A DNA stretch of 60,607 nucleotides, filler included. It is 6 parts of 6 records of this genome, joined end to end, with 100 filler letters (N's around TTAATTAATTAA, not from the genome) between each part and the next. Parts side by side here need not be neighbours in the genome. Positions count along the whole stretch, not along the records: positions 1 to 6,111 come from DRR723986_663; positions 6,212 to 13,042 come from DRR723986_665; 4 more parts are not named here. One strand, given 5' to 3'. The notes beneath the pieces were generated by a model. That model made no database searches, had not been told where the DNA came from, and saw only the letters and a program-made list of their open reading frames with translations. The position numbers were made by a program, and so were the translations under genes. Shown piece by piece: positions 1 to 10,293 of this stretch; the stretch's first letter is position 1; the number at the start of each line of letters is the position of its first letter.

Positions 1-558
1 CGTCCACATGAAGATCAGCGCGAACATCAGAACGGATTCGACCGACACGCCACCGGTCGCCACGGCCCATCCGATCATCGGAGGGAACGCGCCCGCGGCC
101 CCGCCAATGACGATGTTCTGCGGTGTCCAGCGTTTCAGCCAGACCGTGTAGACGACGGCATAGAAGAAGATGGTGAAGGCAAGGAACGCGGCAGCAAACC
201 AGTTTGCCGCAAGACCCAGCATCACCACGGACAGCGCAGACAGCCAAAGGCCAAGGCTCAGCGCCTCGCCCGCGCCGACACGACCCGAGGGGATCGGACG
301 AGACTTGGTGCGCTTCATCACCTGGTCGATATCGCGGTCATACCACATGTTCAGCGCGCCAGAGGCACCGCCGCCAAGGGCAATGAACAGGATCGCCGTG
401 AAGGCATCGACCGGCGGCACCGAACCCGGCGCGACCATCAGGCCCACGAAAGCCGTGAACACGACAAGCGACATCACGCGCGGCTTCAGCAGGGCGACGT
501 AATCGCCGAACTGCGCCTCTTGCGGGGTGCTGCTGGTATTCGCGGTGAAATCGCTCAT
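1..558 (-). CDS. ctaB: Protoheme IX farnesyltransferase (heme o synthase), 3' end cut by window edge
   Basis: Manual translation from ATG at 558: MSDFTANT...[16 protein letters not shown]...[26 protein letters not shown]...[24 protein letters not shown]. Lies directly downstream of coxB. Confidence 0.95.
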   Translation of the reverse strand, partial: MSDFTANTSSTPQEAQFGDYVALLKPRVMSLVVFTAFVGLMVAPGSVPPVDAFTAILFIALGGGASGALNMWYDRDIDQVMKRTKSRPIPSGRVGAGEALSLGLWLSALSVVMLGLAANWFAAAFLAFTIFFYAVVYTVWLKRWTPQNIVIGGAAGAFPPMIGWAVATGGVSVESVLMFALIFMWT

Positions 559-627
559 TTCGGGCCTGTATCGCTGGAAGGATCAAGGCCGTGGGCGGGG
601 ACAGGTCCGCCCACGGTCAGATGTGTT

Positions 628-1515
628 TTAGTTCTCGACCGCGGCCAATTCGATATCGCCAGAGATGGACCCATCCATCAGCGAGGCGAAATCGGTGCCG
701 CCGCCTGCAAGCCAGGCTTCGTATTCTTCGGTGGTCACGGCCATCACGGTGATCGGCATGAAGGAATGGTTCAGGCCGCACAGTTCGGAACACTGGCCGA
801 AATAGATGCCCTCGTTGCCTTCATCGACCTCGAACCAGAGTTCCGCCAGACGGCCGGGAACGCCATCCTGTTTCACACCGAAGGAGGGGATGGTCCAGCT
901 GTGGATCACGTCCGATGCCGTCACCTGCATCACGACGGTCTGGCCGGTCGGCACCACAACGGCAGTGTCGGTGGCCAGCAGGTATTCATCCTGGCTGTAG
1001 CCATGCGCTTCCAGTTCGTCGCGGGCCAGCATGTAGCTGGCGAAGTCGATATCGGTGCCGGGGTATTCATAGCTCCAGTACCACTGGTGGCCGGTGGCCT
1101 TGATCACAACGTCGCCTTCCGGAATCTCCTGCTGGTTGAACAGAACCGGCAGCGAGAAGGCGCCGATAAACACCAGGATGCCAAGCGGCACCAGCGTCCA
1201 GGTCACCTCGATCGGGGTGTTGTGGCTGAAGGTCGCCGGGGTCGGGTTGGACCGCGCGTTGTAGCGCAGGATGACCCAGACCAGCAGGGCCAGCACGAAG
1301 ATACAGATTGCGGCGATGATGTAGAGCAGCATGCCGTTCAGGAAATGGATCTGTTCCGCCAGGCTGGTGGCGGCAGGTTGCCAACCGATGCCCGCCGGTT
1401 CCGGCGCGCCGATGATTTCCAGTCCCTCGGGTGCGGTTTGCGCGGCAGCCATGCCAGCGGCGAGAGTTGCACCAATACCGGCCCAGAGGCCGTTCAGCTT
1501 CTTGAGAAGTTGCAT
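628..1515 (-). CDS. coxB: Cytochrome c oxidase subunit II
   Basis: C-terminal part of ORF 628..3051 from MQLLKKL: signal peptide, two TM helices, GHQWYWSYEY, DVIHSW and CuA motif CSELCGLNHSFM. Confidence 0.96.
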   Translation of the reverse strand: MQLLKKLNGLWAGIGATLAAGMAAAQTAPEGLEIIGAPEPAGIGWQPAATSLAEQIHFLNGMLLYIIAAICIFVLALLVWVILRYNARSNPTPATFSHNTPIEVTWTLVPLGILVFIGAFSLPVLFNQQEIPEGDVVIKATGHQWYWSYEYPGTDIDFASYMLARDELEAHGYSQDEYLLATDTAVVVPTGQTVVMQVTASDVIHSWTIPSFGVKQDGVPGRLAELWFEVDEGNEGIYFGQCSELCGLNHSFMPITVMAVTTEEYEAWLAGGGTDFASLMDGSISGDIELAAVEN

Positions 1516-1698
1516 TCTTGTCGTCCTGTCCTTGCGGGGATCGGCCGGATCGGCCACGCTCACCCCCGTTGCGTCTATCTGGTGTAGAACCATATAGATG
1601 GGATCGTGACAAGACAGTGGTGAAAAATGTCTCACCTCATCAATTGTCCGGTTTTGGTTGACACAGATCATTTTCGGCTTGGAAAGGCTCCCTCCCCC

Positions 1699-3123
1699 AT
1701 GACCCAAAGCGCTGCTTTCCGCCCCTTCGAGACCCAGCTTGACAAGGACGCGGCCCTGTCCATTCTGCGCGCTGCCACCGACGGGGCCGACGACGGAGAG
1801 CTGTTTCTGGAGCGCAAACGCTCGGAAATGCTGTTGTTCGACGATGGTCGGGTAAAAACCGCAAGCTATGACGCGTCCGAAGGCTTCGGCCTGCGCGCCG
1901 TGCGGGGCGAGGTGGCGGGCTACGCCCATTCCACCGAAATCTCCGAGGCGGCGCTGATCCGCGCCAGTGAAACGGCGCGGCTTGCCGTAGGTGATGGCGG
2001 CGGCACCTGGGCCGATGCGCCGCAGGCTACGAATCGCCGTCTCTATACCGATGCGGACCCGATGGCGGGGGCGGGATTCGGGGCCAAGCTGGATATTCTG
2101 AAAGAGGTCGACGCGTATGCGCGCGGTCTGGACCCCCGCGTTGTGCAGGTGTCCGTCAGCCTTGCCGCCTCTCATCAGGAGGTCGAGATCCTGCGCCCCG
2201 ACGCGGTGCATGTCTCGGACGCGCGCCCGATGATCCGGGTGAATGTCTCGGTCATCGTCGAGGAAAACGGCCGCCGCGAATCCGGCAATGCCGGTGGTGG
2301 GGGCCGGGTGGAACTTGGCGACTGGCTGGACCTGACCAACTGGCAGTCCCTGGCGCGCGAAGCGCTGCGGATCGCGGTGGTCAATCTGGGCGCTGTCCCC
2401 GCCCCTGCGGGCATCATGGATGTGGTGCTTGGACCGGGCTGGCCGGGCATCCTGCTGCACGAGGCCGTGGGTCATGGGCTGGAGGGCGACTTCAACCGCA
2501 AGAAGAGTTCCGCCTTCGCCGGTCTGATGGGTAAACGGGTCGCCTCCGAGGGCGTGACTGTACTGGATGACGGCACCATCCCCGACCGACGCGGGTCGAT
2601 CACCGTGGATGACGAGGGCACGCCGTCCTCCAAAACCACGCTGATCGAGGATGGCATCCTCGTGGGCTTCATGCAGGACCGGCAGAATGCGCGTCTGATG
2701 GGCGTTCCGCCAACCGGCAATGGCCGCCGCGAAAGCCATTCGCACGCGCCGATGCCGCGCATGACAAACACCTATATGCTCGGCGGTGACACCGACCCCG
2801 GCGATATCGTGGCAAGCCTCAAGGATGGCATCTACGCCGTGGGGTTCGGCGGCGGCCAGGTCGATATCACCAACGGCAAGTTCGTGTTTTCCTGCACCGA
2901 GGCGTACCGGGTCGAAAACGGCAAGGTTGGCGCGCCGGTCAAGGGTGCAACGCTGATCGGCGACGGGGCCACGGCGCTCAATCAGATCCGCGCAATCGGC
3001 AATGACATGGCGCTCGATCCCGGCATGGGAACCTGCGGCAAAGCGGGCCAATGGGTGCCTGTCGGTGTCGGACAGCCCACCGTTCTGATCGGCGGGTTGA
3101 CCGTGGGTGGCTCGGCCGCATGA
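1699..3123 (+). CDS. tldD: Metalloprotease TldD
   Basis: LLHEAVGHGLEGDFNRK, PMPRMTNT and CGKAGQWVPVGVGQPT motifs. Likely start ATG 1699. Confidence 0.96.
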   Translation: MTQSAAFRPFETQLDKDAALSILRAATDGADDGELFLERKRSEMLLFDDGRVKTASYDASEGFGLRAVRGEVAGYAHSTEISEAALIRASETARLAVGDGGGTWADAPQATNRRLYTDADPMAGAGFGAKLDILKEVDAYARGLDPRVVQVSVSLAASHQEVEILRPDAVHVSDARPMIRVNVSVIVEENGRRESGNAGGGGRVELGDWLDLTNWQSLAREALRIAVVNLGAVPAPAGIMDVVLGPGWPGILLHEAVGHGLEGDFNRKKSSAFAGLMGKRVASEGVTVLDDGTIPDRRGSITVDDEGTPSSKTTLIEDGILVGFMQDRQNARLMGVPPTGNGRRESHSHAPMPRMTNTYMLGGDTDPGDIVASLKDGIYAVGFGGGQVDITNGKFVFSCTEAYRVENGKVGAPVKGATLIGDGATALNQIRAIGNDMALDPGMGTCGKAGQWVPVGVGQPTVLIGGLTVGGSAA

Positions 3124-3614
3124 GGCCCTATGCGGGCGGCATAAGGCGGGCCGTCCCGCAGGACTACCCGGCGCTGGCGCGGCTGTGGCACGAAGCCTGG
3201 CATGACGGCCACGCCCTTGCGGTTCCCGCAGACCTGCTGCGCCACCGGGGGCCTGACTTTTTCACCGCTGAGATGCAGCGCATAGGCCCGGCCTGCCATG
3301 TTTGGGAAGGTCTCTATGGCGCCGAGGGGTTCGTGACGACCACAGGCCGCTGGATTGACCGGCTGTTCGTGTCCCAGCCCGCGCGGGGTGGTGGCATCGC
3401 CGGGCGGCTGATGGCCCATGCGGAAGATCTTTTGCGCGCCAATGGCCATGCAGAGGGCTGGACAGATGCGCTTGTGGGCAATGACCGTGCGCTTCGGTTT
3501 TATCAGCGGCAGGGCTGGCAGCAGGATCGGATCGAAGAGATAGACGTTCCGACCCCCGACGGCCCCATCCCCCTGCGCACACGTATCCTGCGAAAAGGCC
3601 TGACTGACGAATGA
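3120..3614 (+). CDS. GNAT family N-acetyltransferase
   Basis: IDRLFVSQPARGGGIAGRLM acetyl-CoA motif and NDRALRFYQRQGW. ATGA overlap with tldD. Confidence 0.85.
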   Translation: MRPYAGGIRRAVPQDYPALARLWHEAWHDGHALAVPADLLRHRGPDFFTAEMQRIGPACHVWEGLYGAEGFVTTTGRWIDRLFVSQPARGGGIAGRLMAHAEDLLRANGHAEGWTDALVGNDRALRFYQRQGWQQDRIEEIDVPTPDGPIPLRTRILRKGLTDE

Positions 3615-4102
3615 CCCCGCATCCTTTGCTTCGCCCGGCACGGTCCGAGGACATTCCTGCCCTGGCCTCTCTTTGGCACGCGGGCTGGCACGAGGCCCAT
3701 GCCGCCTATACGCCGCCCGCCCTGACAGCCCTCCGAACGGAGCAGGATTTCGCCCGGCGTCTTGTTGCCTTGCTGCCTGACACGGTCATGGCGGGCGATG
3801 GTCCTGCACTTGGGTTCTGTTCGATCCGCGATGATGAGATCTATCAGCTATACGTAGCGCCGGAAGCCCGTTCGAACGGGCTTGCCAGCCGTCTGCTCTC
3901 TGATGGCGAGGCCCGGCTGGCGGCGCGCGGGGTCGGGCTGGCACGGCTTGATGTCGGGGTCGAGAACAACCGTGCCGCGCGGTTTTATGCCCGGCAAGGC
4001 TGGGAAGAAACCGGCAGCGGAGAGGCGACGGTCGACAGCTCCGCCGGTCCATTCCGCCTGCGATTGCGGTTCTTCGTCAAGCAGGTCTCTCTCGACCCGT
4101 AA
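3611..4102 (+). CDS. GNAT family N-acetyltransferase
   Basis: IYQLYVAPEARSNGLASRLL and NNRAARFYARQGW. ATGA overlap with the previous GNAT. Confidence 0.88.
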   Translation: MTPHPLLRPARSEDIPALASLWHAGWHEAHAAYTPPALTALRTEQDFARRLVALLPDTVMAGDGPALGFCSIRDDEIYQLYVAPEARSNGLASRLLSDGEARLAARGVGLARLDVGVENNRAARFYARQGWEETGSGEATVDSSAGPFRLRLRFFVKQVSLDP

Positions 4103-4140
4103 ACCCCCTGTTAACTCTCCTTCGCCTAGCCTTTCGACTC

Positions 4141-5340
4141 ATGTGGATGGACAGCGACACAGGTTTCTTCGAGGCGGCGACCGCCTATCACCCCGCCCCC
4201 CCGGCGGATAATGCCGACCGGCTGGCGCGGCTACGCCTGATCCGGTCGCGCCGGGTGGGGCCCGCTACTTTCCGGCGGCTGCTGGCGGAACATGGCAGCG
4301 CTGAGGCGGCACTTGCGGCCCTGCCGGACGTCGCGAAAAACGCGGGCGTCGCGGCCTACGAGGTCTGTTCTGACGCCGCCGCAATGGCCGAGGTCAAAGC
4401 CGCCCGCCGTCTCGGGGCGCGGATGCTCAGCCTCGGCGATCCCGGCTATCCCGCCCATTTGGCCGATTGCGCCGATGCGCCGCCGGTCCTCTGGGCGTTT
4501 GGCGACACCAGCCTGTTGGCCCGGCCGATGCTGGCCATGGTCGGCACCCGCAACGCATCATCCCTTGGCGCTCGGATGGCACGAAAACTGGCAGGGGAAT
4601 TGTCGGAGGCGGGGTTTGTCATCGTTTCGGGCCTCGCGCGCGGCATCGACGCGCTTGCCCATCACGCGGCCCTATCGAAAGGCACGGTCGCGGTACAGGC
4701 AGGCGGGCTAGACGTGATCTACCCCGCGGAAAACACCGATCTGGCCCATGACATTGCCAAAAAGGGCCTGCGCCTGTCCGAACAGCCCTTTGGCCTTGAC
4801 CCGCAGGCGCGCCATTTTCCGCAACGCAACCGCATCGTGTCCGGTCTTGCCCGTGCCGTCATCGTGGTCGAGGCGGCGGCGCGGTCGGGGTCACTGATCA
4901 CCGCCCGCAATGCGCTCGATCAGGGGCGCGAGGTGCTGGCCGTACCCGGCCACCCGATGGACACCCGCGCCTCTGGCTGCAACATGCTGTTGCGCGACGG
5001 GGCCACTTTGGTGCGCGGCGCAGAAGATGTGATCGAAGCCATCGGTCCCGCCCTCACCGCCCGTCAGTCAGAACTGCCACTGGCAAAGGCTCCGGACATC
5101 CCGCAACAGCCCGAACGCGACTGGCGGGATCGGGCGGCGTTGAATTCCCGCATTCTGTCGCAACTTGGCCCGGCCCCCGTTTCAGAGGATCAGCTGTTGC
5201 GTGATCTGGGGATGAGCCCGGCGGAAGCCGCCGGGGAACTGGCGCGGATGGAACTGGAAGGCGCGGTCCATCGCCAGCCCGGCGGGCTGATTTCACTGGC
5301 TGCCGGTCAGCAAAGCGGCTCGGGGAAGAAATCCCCATAG
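4141..5340 (+). CDS. dprA: DNA-processing protein DprA
   Basis: AMVGTRNAS, IVSGLARGID, HFPQRNRIVSGL, VVEAAARSGSLITA and a C-terminal winged helix. Lies upstream of topA. Confidence 0.96.
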   Translation: MWMDSDTGFFEAATAYHPAPPADNADRLARLRLIRSRRVGPATFRRLLAEHGSAEAALAALPDVAKNAGVAAYEVCSDAAAMAEVKAARRLGARMLSLGDPGYPAHLADCADAPPVLWAFGDTSLLARPMLAMVGTRNASSLGARMARKLAGELSEAGFVIVSGLARGIDALAHHAALSKGTVAVQAGGLDVIYPAENTDLAHDIAKKGLRLSEQPFGLDPQARHFPQRNRIVSGLARAVIVVEAAARSGSLITARNALDQGREVLAVPGHPMDTRASGCNMLLRDGATLVRGAEDVIEAIGPALTARQSELPLAKAPDIPQQPERDWRDRAALNSRILSQLGPAPVSEDQLLRDLGMSPAEAAGELARMELEGAVHRQPGGLISLAAGQQSGSGKKSP

Positions 5341-5738
5341 TTGCGGCAGTCCCATCCCCACCACCACGCATCCGTGGCGCCAATGGAATATTCCACGATC
5401 TGCCAATAGGTGCCGGGGCGGTACAGGTAGGCCTGCACCGTCGGGCCGTCGATCAGGTCGCGCGGGATACCTTCGACAGTGACCAGCGGCGTGTCCTCCA
5501 GCACAATGGCCGCACCACCGGGGCGTTGCGCGGTCAGATTGGCAATGGCCCGCCGGTCCTGAACCAGAAGCGTGTCCACCACGAACTCCACCGGTCCGCC
5601 GAAACGCGGTTCCACATCTCGGCGGATCGTGTCCAGCAACTCGGCACGCAGCGCGCTGCCACGGGGCGGTTCGACCGGCTCGGCATGGGCGAGGGTCGAG
5701 AGACACAGGCCGAGGGCGAGGAAAAGAAGAAATCTCAT
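5307..5738 (-). CDS. Secreted hypothetical protein
   Basis: MRFLLFLALGLCLSTLAHA signal peptide, then PPRGSALRAELLDTIR...WQIVEYSIGATDAWW...C...C. AAGGA RBS upstream. Confidence 0.75.
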   Translation of the reverse strand: MRFLLFLALGLCLSTLAHAEPVEPPRGSALRAELLDTIRRDVEPRFGGPVEFVVDTLLVQDRRAIANLTAQRPGGAAIVLEDTPLVTVEGIPRDLIDGPTVQAYLYRPGTYWQIVEYSIGATDAWWWGWDCRNYGDFFPEPLC

Positions 5739-5859
5739 AGGCGAAATCCTTGCGGTTGAATGGCCGCATTGTCTTTTTCCGATAGCGCATTGACAAGCCC
5801 TGCCAGAGCGACACATGTTCCCGCGCCACCCGTCATCCGTTGCCCAGAGGTCATTCTGA

Positions 5860-6111
5860 ATGCCAGTCGTCGTCGTCGAATCCCCGGCTAAAGCCAAGAC
5901 AATCAACAAATATCTCGGGGATAACTTCACCGTTCTGGCCTCTTACGGGCATGTGCGCGACCTGCCTCCGAAAGATGGGTCGGTCGATCCCGACCAGGAT
6001 TTCGAGATGCTTTGGGAGGTCGGCAACGACAGTAAAAAGCATGTGAAGGCCATCGCCGACGCGCTGAAAACCGACGATACGCTGATCCTCGCGACCGACC
6101 CCGACCGCGAG
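5860..6111 (+). CDS. topA: DNA topoisomerase I, 5' fragment
   Basis: [20 protein letters not shown]...ASYGHVRDL...LATDPDRE (TOPRIM domain). Cut by the spacer. Confidence 0.97.
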
Positions 6112-6211
6112 NNNNNNNNNNNNNNNNNNNNNNNNNNNNNNNNNNNNNNNNNNNNTTAATTAATTAANNNNNNNNNNNNNNNNNNNNNNNNNNNNNNNNN
6201 NNNNNNNNNNN
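6112..6211. other. Artificial contig spacer (N44-TTAATTAATTAA-N44)
   Basis: N runs around a linker with stops in all six frames. Genes on both sides are truncated. Confidence 0.97.
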
Positions 6212-6301
6212 GTCATAGCCGCGATATTCAAGCCGTTTGAGGGCTTCAACAAGGATTGGCGCTGCTTCGTGGTTGCCGAGAACCCCTACAATTCCGCACA
6301 T
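6212..6301 (-). CDS. glmS: Glutamine-fructose-6-phosphate transaminase, 5' fragment
   Basis: Manual translation [30 protein letters not shown]. Starts 2 nt after the glmU stop. Confidence 0.95.
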
Positions 6302-6303
6302 TT

Positions 6304-7656
6304 TTAGCTGCCTCTCTGCATTTTCGCCTGTTTGGCTTTTAACATTTCGAACAATTTACGTGCCATGCCCGGTTTTTCGACCTGCGGTGCGCGGGCCAGC
6401 GCCAGCGCCTCCGGTTCCACGTCCGAGGTGATCACAGAGCCGCTGCCGGTCATCGCGCCATCCCCGATAGAGACCGGCGCGACCAGCATGGTGTTCGATC
6501 CGATGAAAGCGTTCTCGCCGATGTGGGTGTGATGCTTCATCACGCCGTCATAGTTGCAGGTGATCGTACCCGCGCCGATGTTGGTTTTGCGGCCCACAGA
6601 GGCATCGCCGATATAGCTCAGGTGGTTGACCTTGGCCCCTTCGGCAAGCTGCGCGTTCTTGACCTCGACAAAGTTGCCGATGCGCACGTCTTCGGCCAGT
6701 TCCGCGCCGGGGCGCAGGCGGGCGTATGGCCCGACGATCGCGCCGCGGGACACATGGCACCCCTCCAGATGGGAAAACGCACGGATGGTTGTACCGGATT
6801 CGACCGTTACGCCGGGGCCAAAGACCACATTCGGTTCAATCACAGTGTCGCGGCCAATAACGGTATCACGGCTCACATAGACGGTTTCGGGGGCCATCAG
6901 GGTGACACCGTCCTCCATCAAGGTCTGGCGGGCGCGGGCCTGAAATGCGGCGTCAGCGGCGGCCAGATCGGCGCGCGAATTGACGCCCATGGTTTCCTTT
7001 TCGGCGCAGGTCACTGCGGTAGCAGACAAGCCCCGCGCACGGGCAATTTCAACAATGTCAGTAAGGTAATATTCGCCAGCCGCATTGTCATTTCCAACGG
7101 CATCAATCAGATCAAAGAGCAGGTCCGACTTGCAGGCAACAACACCGCTATTACAGAGCGTTATTGCGCGTTCTTCATCTGATGCATCTTTGTATTCGAC
7201 GATCCGGTCCAGGTGATCCCCTTGCAGGATCAACCGCCCATAGCGGGCCGGATCAGCCGCTTCAAAGCCCAAGATAACCAAATCATGCCGGGTCAGCGCG
7301 TCCTGCATTTTCTCAAGCGTTTCGGCCTGAACAAAAGGCGTATCGCCATAAAGCACCAGCGCCGTGCCATCGAACCCATCCAGCGCCTTACGGGCCTGCG
7401 CCACCGCATGGGCGGTGCCCAGCTGTTCGTCCTGGGTGACAACGGTGACGTCCGGGTCATATTCCAATGCGGCGGTTTCCACCTGCGCGGCCCCATGTCC
7501 GGCGACGATCACGGTGCATTCCGGCGCCAGCGCCGCACCGGAGGCCATGGCATGCACGAGCATCGGTTCTCCCGCGATTGGGTGCAGTACTTTTGGTTTT
7601 TCCGAATTCATCCGCGTGCCTTTACCTGCGGCAAGGATGATCAGTCCAGTTTTCAT
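6304..7656 (-). CDS. glmU: Bifunctional UDP-GlcNAc pyrophosphorylase / GlcN-1-P acetyltransferase
   Basis: [17 protein letters not shown], hexapeptide repeats, NHLSYIGDA and [11 protein letters not shown]. Confidence 0.98.
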   Translation of the reverse strand: MKTGLIILAAGKGTRMNSEKPKVLHPIAGEPMLVHAMASGAALAPECTVIVAGHGAAQVETAALEYDPDVTVVTQDEQLGTAHAVAQARKALDGFDGTALVLYGDTPFVQAETLEKMQDALTRHDLVILGFEAADPARYGRLILQGDHLDRIVEYKDASDEERAITLCNSGVVACKSDLLFDLIDAVGNDNAAGEYYLTDIVEIARARGLSATAVTCAEKETMGVNSRADLAAADAAFQARARQTLMEDGVTLMAPETVYVSRDTVIGRDTVIEPNVVFGPGVTVESGTTIRAFSHLEGCHVSRGAIVGPYARLRPGAELAEDVRIGNFVEVKNAQLAEGAKVNHLSYIGDASVGRKTNIGAGTITCNYDGVMKHHTHIGENAFIGSNTMLVAPVSIGDGAMTGSGSVITSDVEPEALALARAPQVEKPGMARKLFEMLKAKQAKMQRGS

Positions 7657-7785
7657 GTCTGTCTCTTTATTCTGATACTTGCTTTCTCTTTACGCCCTTC
7701 GCACAAAGGCGCAAGGCTACGCGGCATCAAACAAGGTTGCGGGTTGCAACATGTACGGGCGGGGTTCCGCTTAGCAGAGGTTTTC

Positions 7786-8460
7786 ATGAAGACAGTTGTT
7801 TTTGATCTCGACGGCACTTTGGCGGACACCAGCGGTGATCTGATAGCGGCCGCAAATGCCTGTTTCCGGCAGATGGGTGAGGGCGATCTGTTGGATGCGT
7901 CCCGCGATGCTGGCACGGCACTGCGGGGCGGGCGGGCGATGCTGACCCTCGGGATGGAGCGTTTGGGCCGTCCGCTTGATGATGCCGTGATTGATGTGTT
8001 CTATCCCAAGCTGCTTGAGGCCTATGCGCAGGACATCGACAGCCGGACCTATCTGTACCCCGGCGCGATGGACGCGGTTGAGACCCTGAAATCAAGCGGT
8101 TACCGGGTGGCGATCTGCACAAACAAGCCCGAGGCGCTGGCCGATCAATTGCTGCGGCGCTTGGGGGTGCGGGACATTTGGCAATCCATGCTGGGGGCCG
8201 ACAGCCTTGCTGTGCGCAAGCCCGATCCTGAGCATTTGCGCGAAACCACCCGGCGGGCGGGCGGTGATCCGGCGCAATCGATGTTGATCGGGGATTCGAT
8301 CACGGACCGTAAGACGGCGCAGGCCGCAGGGGTGCCTTGTGTGCTGGTGACCTTTGGTCCGGCGGGCGGGGATATGTCGGCGCTGGAACCTGAGGCGCTT
8401 TTGCACGATTATGCCGACCTGCCGGGCATTGTCGCGGATCTGATCGGGAAGGCGGCGTGA
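7786..8460 (+). CDS. gph: HAD-family hydrolase (phosphoglycolate phosphatase-like)
   Basis: FDLDGTLADT, CTNKP, KPDP and IGDS motifs. GAGG RBS. Divergent from glmU. Confidence 0.85.
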   Translation: MKTVVFDLDGTLADTSGDLIAAANACFRQMGEGDLLDASRDAGTALRGGRAMLTLGMERLGRPLDDAVIDVFYPKLLEAYAQDIDSRTYLYPGAMDAVETLKSSGYRVAICTNKPEALADQLLRRLGVRDIWQSMLGADSLAVRKPDPEHLRETTRRAGGDPAQSMLIGDSITDRKTAQAAGVPCVLVTFGPAGGDMSALEPEALLHDYADLPGIVADLIGKAA

Positions 8461-9656
8461 TGGCGGAGGTGTTCAAAGGCAGCTTTACCCAGCAAGAGCC
8501 CATTCCCGAGGCCGGGATTGAGGCCGCCGTCGCCGTGATGCGCCATGGGCGTTTGCACCGCTATAACACTGTCGCGGGCGAGGTCGCACAAACCGCGCTG
8601 TTGGAACAGGAATTTGCCGCGCAGGTTGGCGCGAAATACTGTCTTGCGGTGGCATCGGGCGGTTATGCGATGGCCACGGCGATGCGGGCCGTCGGGGTGA
8701 AACCCGGCGACAAGGTTTTGACCAATACCTTTACTTTAGCCCCGGTTCCGGGGGCGATTGCGGCCTTGGGGGCTGTGCCTGTGTTTGTGGGGGTCACGGA
8801 CCAGTTGGTCATTGATCTAGATGATCTTGCCGCCAAGGCCGATCAGGCCGATGTTCTGCTGCTGAGCCATATGCGCGGCCATTTGGCAGATATGACCGCG
8901 CTGATGGCGATTTGTGATGCGGCAGGGATCACCGTGATCGAGGATTGCGCCCATACCATGGGTGCGGCCTGGGGCGGGGTGCCATCGGGCACGCAGGGCA
9001 AGGTCGGATGTTATTCATGCCAGACCTATAAACACGTCAACTCGGGCGAGGGCGGATTGCTCGTCACCGACGATGCCGAAGTTGCGGCGCGGGCGATCAT
9101 GCTGTCGGGGTCTTACATGTTGTATGAGCGCCATGCAGCGGGTCCGCCGAAAGAGGCGTTTGAGACCATTCGCTATGAGACTCCTAACATTTCTGGCCGG
9201 ATGGACAATTTGCGGGCGGCGATCCTGCGCCCGCAGCTGCGCGATCTGGACCGGCAGGTGGCACGCTGGAACGAGCGGTATTTCGTGATCGAAGCGGGGC
9301 TGCGCAACACGCCCGGCCTGACGGTGATCGACCGCCCCGAAAAAGAGAGTATTGTCGGATCGTCCATTCAATTCCTGCTGTCCGGTTGGAGCGAGGCCTC
9401 TGTTCACGAAGTACAGAAAAGCTGCGCGGCACGTGGGGTGGAGCTGAAATGGTTCGGCGGGGCAGAGCCGGTTGGCTTTACCAGCCGGTACGATTCATGG
9501 CGCTACGTCGATGCGCCGCCAATGCCCGAAAGTGATGCGGTGCTGGCCGGGATCATGGATATGCGGGTGCCGCTGACGTTTTCCCTTGAGGACTGCGCCT
9601 TGATTGCGCGGATCATCCGGTCCGAGGTTGGCCGCGTCTATCAAGCAGCAAAGTAA
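8457..9656 (+). CDS. DegT/DnrJ/EryC1/StrS family PLP aminotransferase
   Basis: IEDCAHTMGA and SCQTYKHVNSGEGG (PLP lysine). Confidence 0.9.
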   Translation: MMAEVFKGSFTQQEPIPEAGIEAAVAVMRHGRLHRYNTVAGEVAQTALLEQEFAAQVGAKYCLAVASGGYAMATAMRAVGVKPGDKVLTNTFTLAPVPGAIAALGAVPVFVGVTDQLVIDLDDLAAKADQADVLLLSHMRGHLADMTALMAICDAAGITVIEDCAHTMGAAWGGVPSGTQGKVGCYSCQTYKHVNSGEGGLLVTDDAEVAARAIMLSGSYMLYERHAAGPPKEAFETIRYETPNISGRMDNLRAAILRPQLRDLDRQVARWNERYFVIEAGLRNTPGLTVIDRPEKESIVGSSIQFLLSGWSEASVHEVQKSCAARGVELKWFGGAEPVGFTSRYDSWRYVDAPPMPESDAVLAGIMDMRVPLTFSLEDCALIARIIRSEVGRVYQAAK

Positions 9657-9682
9657 AACGCCCCCTCCGTTGGGAGAGGGCG
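9655..9682 (-). terminator. Intrinsic terminator-like hairpin between convergent genes
   Basis: Minus strand reads CGCCCTCTCC-CAAC-GGAGGGGGCG followed by TTTT. Confidence 0.6.
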
Positions 9683-9692
9683 CGCCATTGAT

Positions 9693-10169
9693 TTAGAAGC
9701 GAACCGTACCGTGCTGGCCAACATCGGGTTGTTGGTCCGTTAGATGCGCCTTGGCCACCTCGAACAGGAACTTGATGCTGCCATCGGTCAGCCAGACCTC
9801 GGCCTGTTTCAGATCCATCCGCAGCAGTTGCACATCACTGTCGTGTTGTCCGCCGTCGAACCAGACATCGGCCATCACATTCCAGATCCGGTCAAGCTGT
9901 GCGGGGTCATTGACCGCCTGCACATGACCATCGATGCGAGCGTAAAGATGTTCATCCGTGGTTGAGACGATATATTGTGCATTTGCTCCGCTGTTTGCGG
10001 CCTCTGCCAGCGCGGTGCCTTTGGCCGTGATGAACCACAAGAATGGCGCGGTGCTGTCGTCCTCAATGAAATGGCTCATCGGCACGGCGGGGGCTGATCC
10101 CGCGGCCAACATGCCTGTGCGCGTATCTTCCAAACGGTCCCAGAATTCCTTTTTCAAACTGTCGGTCAT
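9693..10169 (-). CDS. General stress protein, FMN-binding split barrel (pyridoxamine oxidase-like)
   Basis: MTDSLKKEFWDRLEDTRTGML...PMSHF...LWFIT...IWNVMADVWFDGG...AEVW. Purine-rich RBS and an EcfG-type promoter upstream. Confidence 0.85.
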   Translation of the reverse strand: MTDSLKKEFWDRLEDTRTGMLAAGSAPAVPMSHFIEDDSTAPFLWFITAKGTALAEAANSGANAQYIVSTTDEHLYARIDGHVQAVNDPAQLDRIWNVMADVWFDGGQHDSDVQLLRMDLKQAEVWLTDGSIKFLFEVAKAHLTDQQPDVGQHGTVRF

Positions 10170-10209
10170 GATCTCTCTCTTTCCATTGAAATTGCGTTGC
10201 TGTGGGACC

Positions 10210-10234
10210 AACGGGCAGCGCGGCAATTGGTTCC
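10210..10234 (-). promoter_or_regulatory. Sigma-EcfG (ECF15) general stress promoter
   Basis: Minus strand GGAAC-caattgccgcgctgcc(16 nt)-CGTT, about 40 nt upstream of the stress-protein ATG. Matches the alphaproteobacterial consensus. Confidence 0.8.
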
Positions 10235-10249
10235 ACCTTGCCAAGACGC

Positions 10250-10293
10250 TTGACCGGTGGGTGTTTGATCTGTAGGTAATGAACAAGTGTTCA
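10250..10293 (+). promoter_or_regulatory. Putative ivd promoter with palindromic operator
   Basis: TTGACC-N17-TAGGTA followed by the palindrome TGAACA-AG-TGTTCA (10280-10293). Confidence 0.5.

Noticed and set aside
1516-3051. 807-aa CoxB with a large N-terminal extension, and similar long ORFs (9693..11321, 25035..26516, 33557..35215)
   Set aside because: These are antisense shadow frames of real high-GC genes. The real starts have their own RBS and signal peptides.
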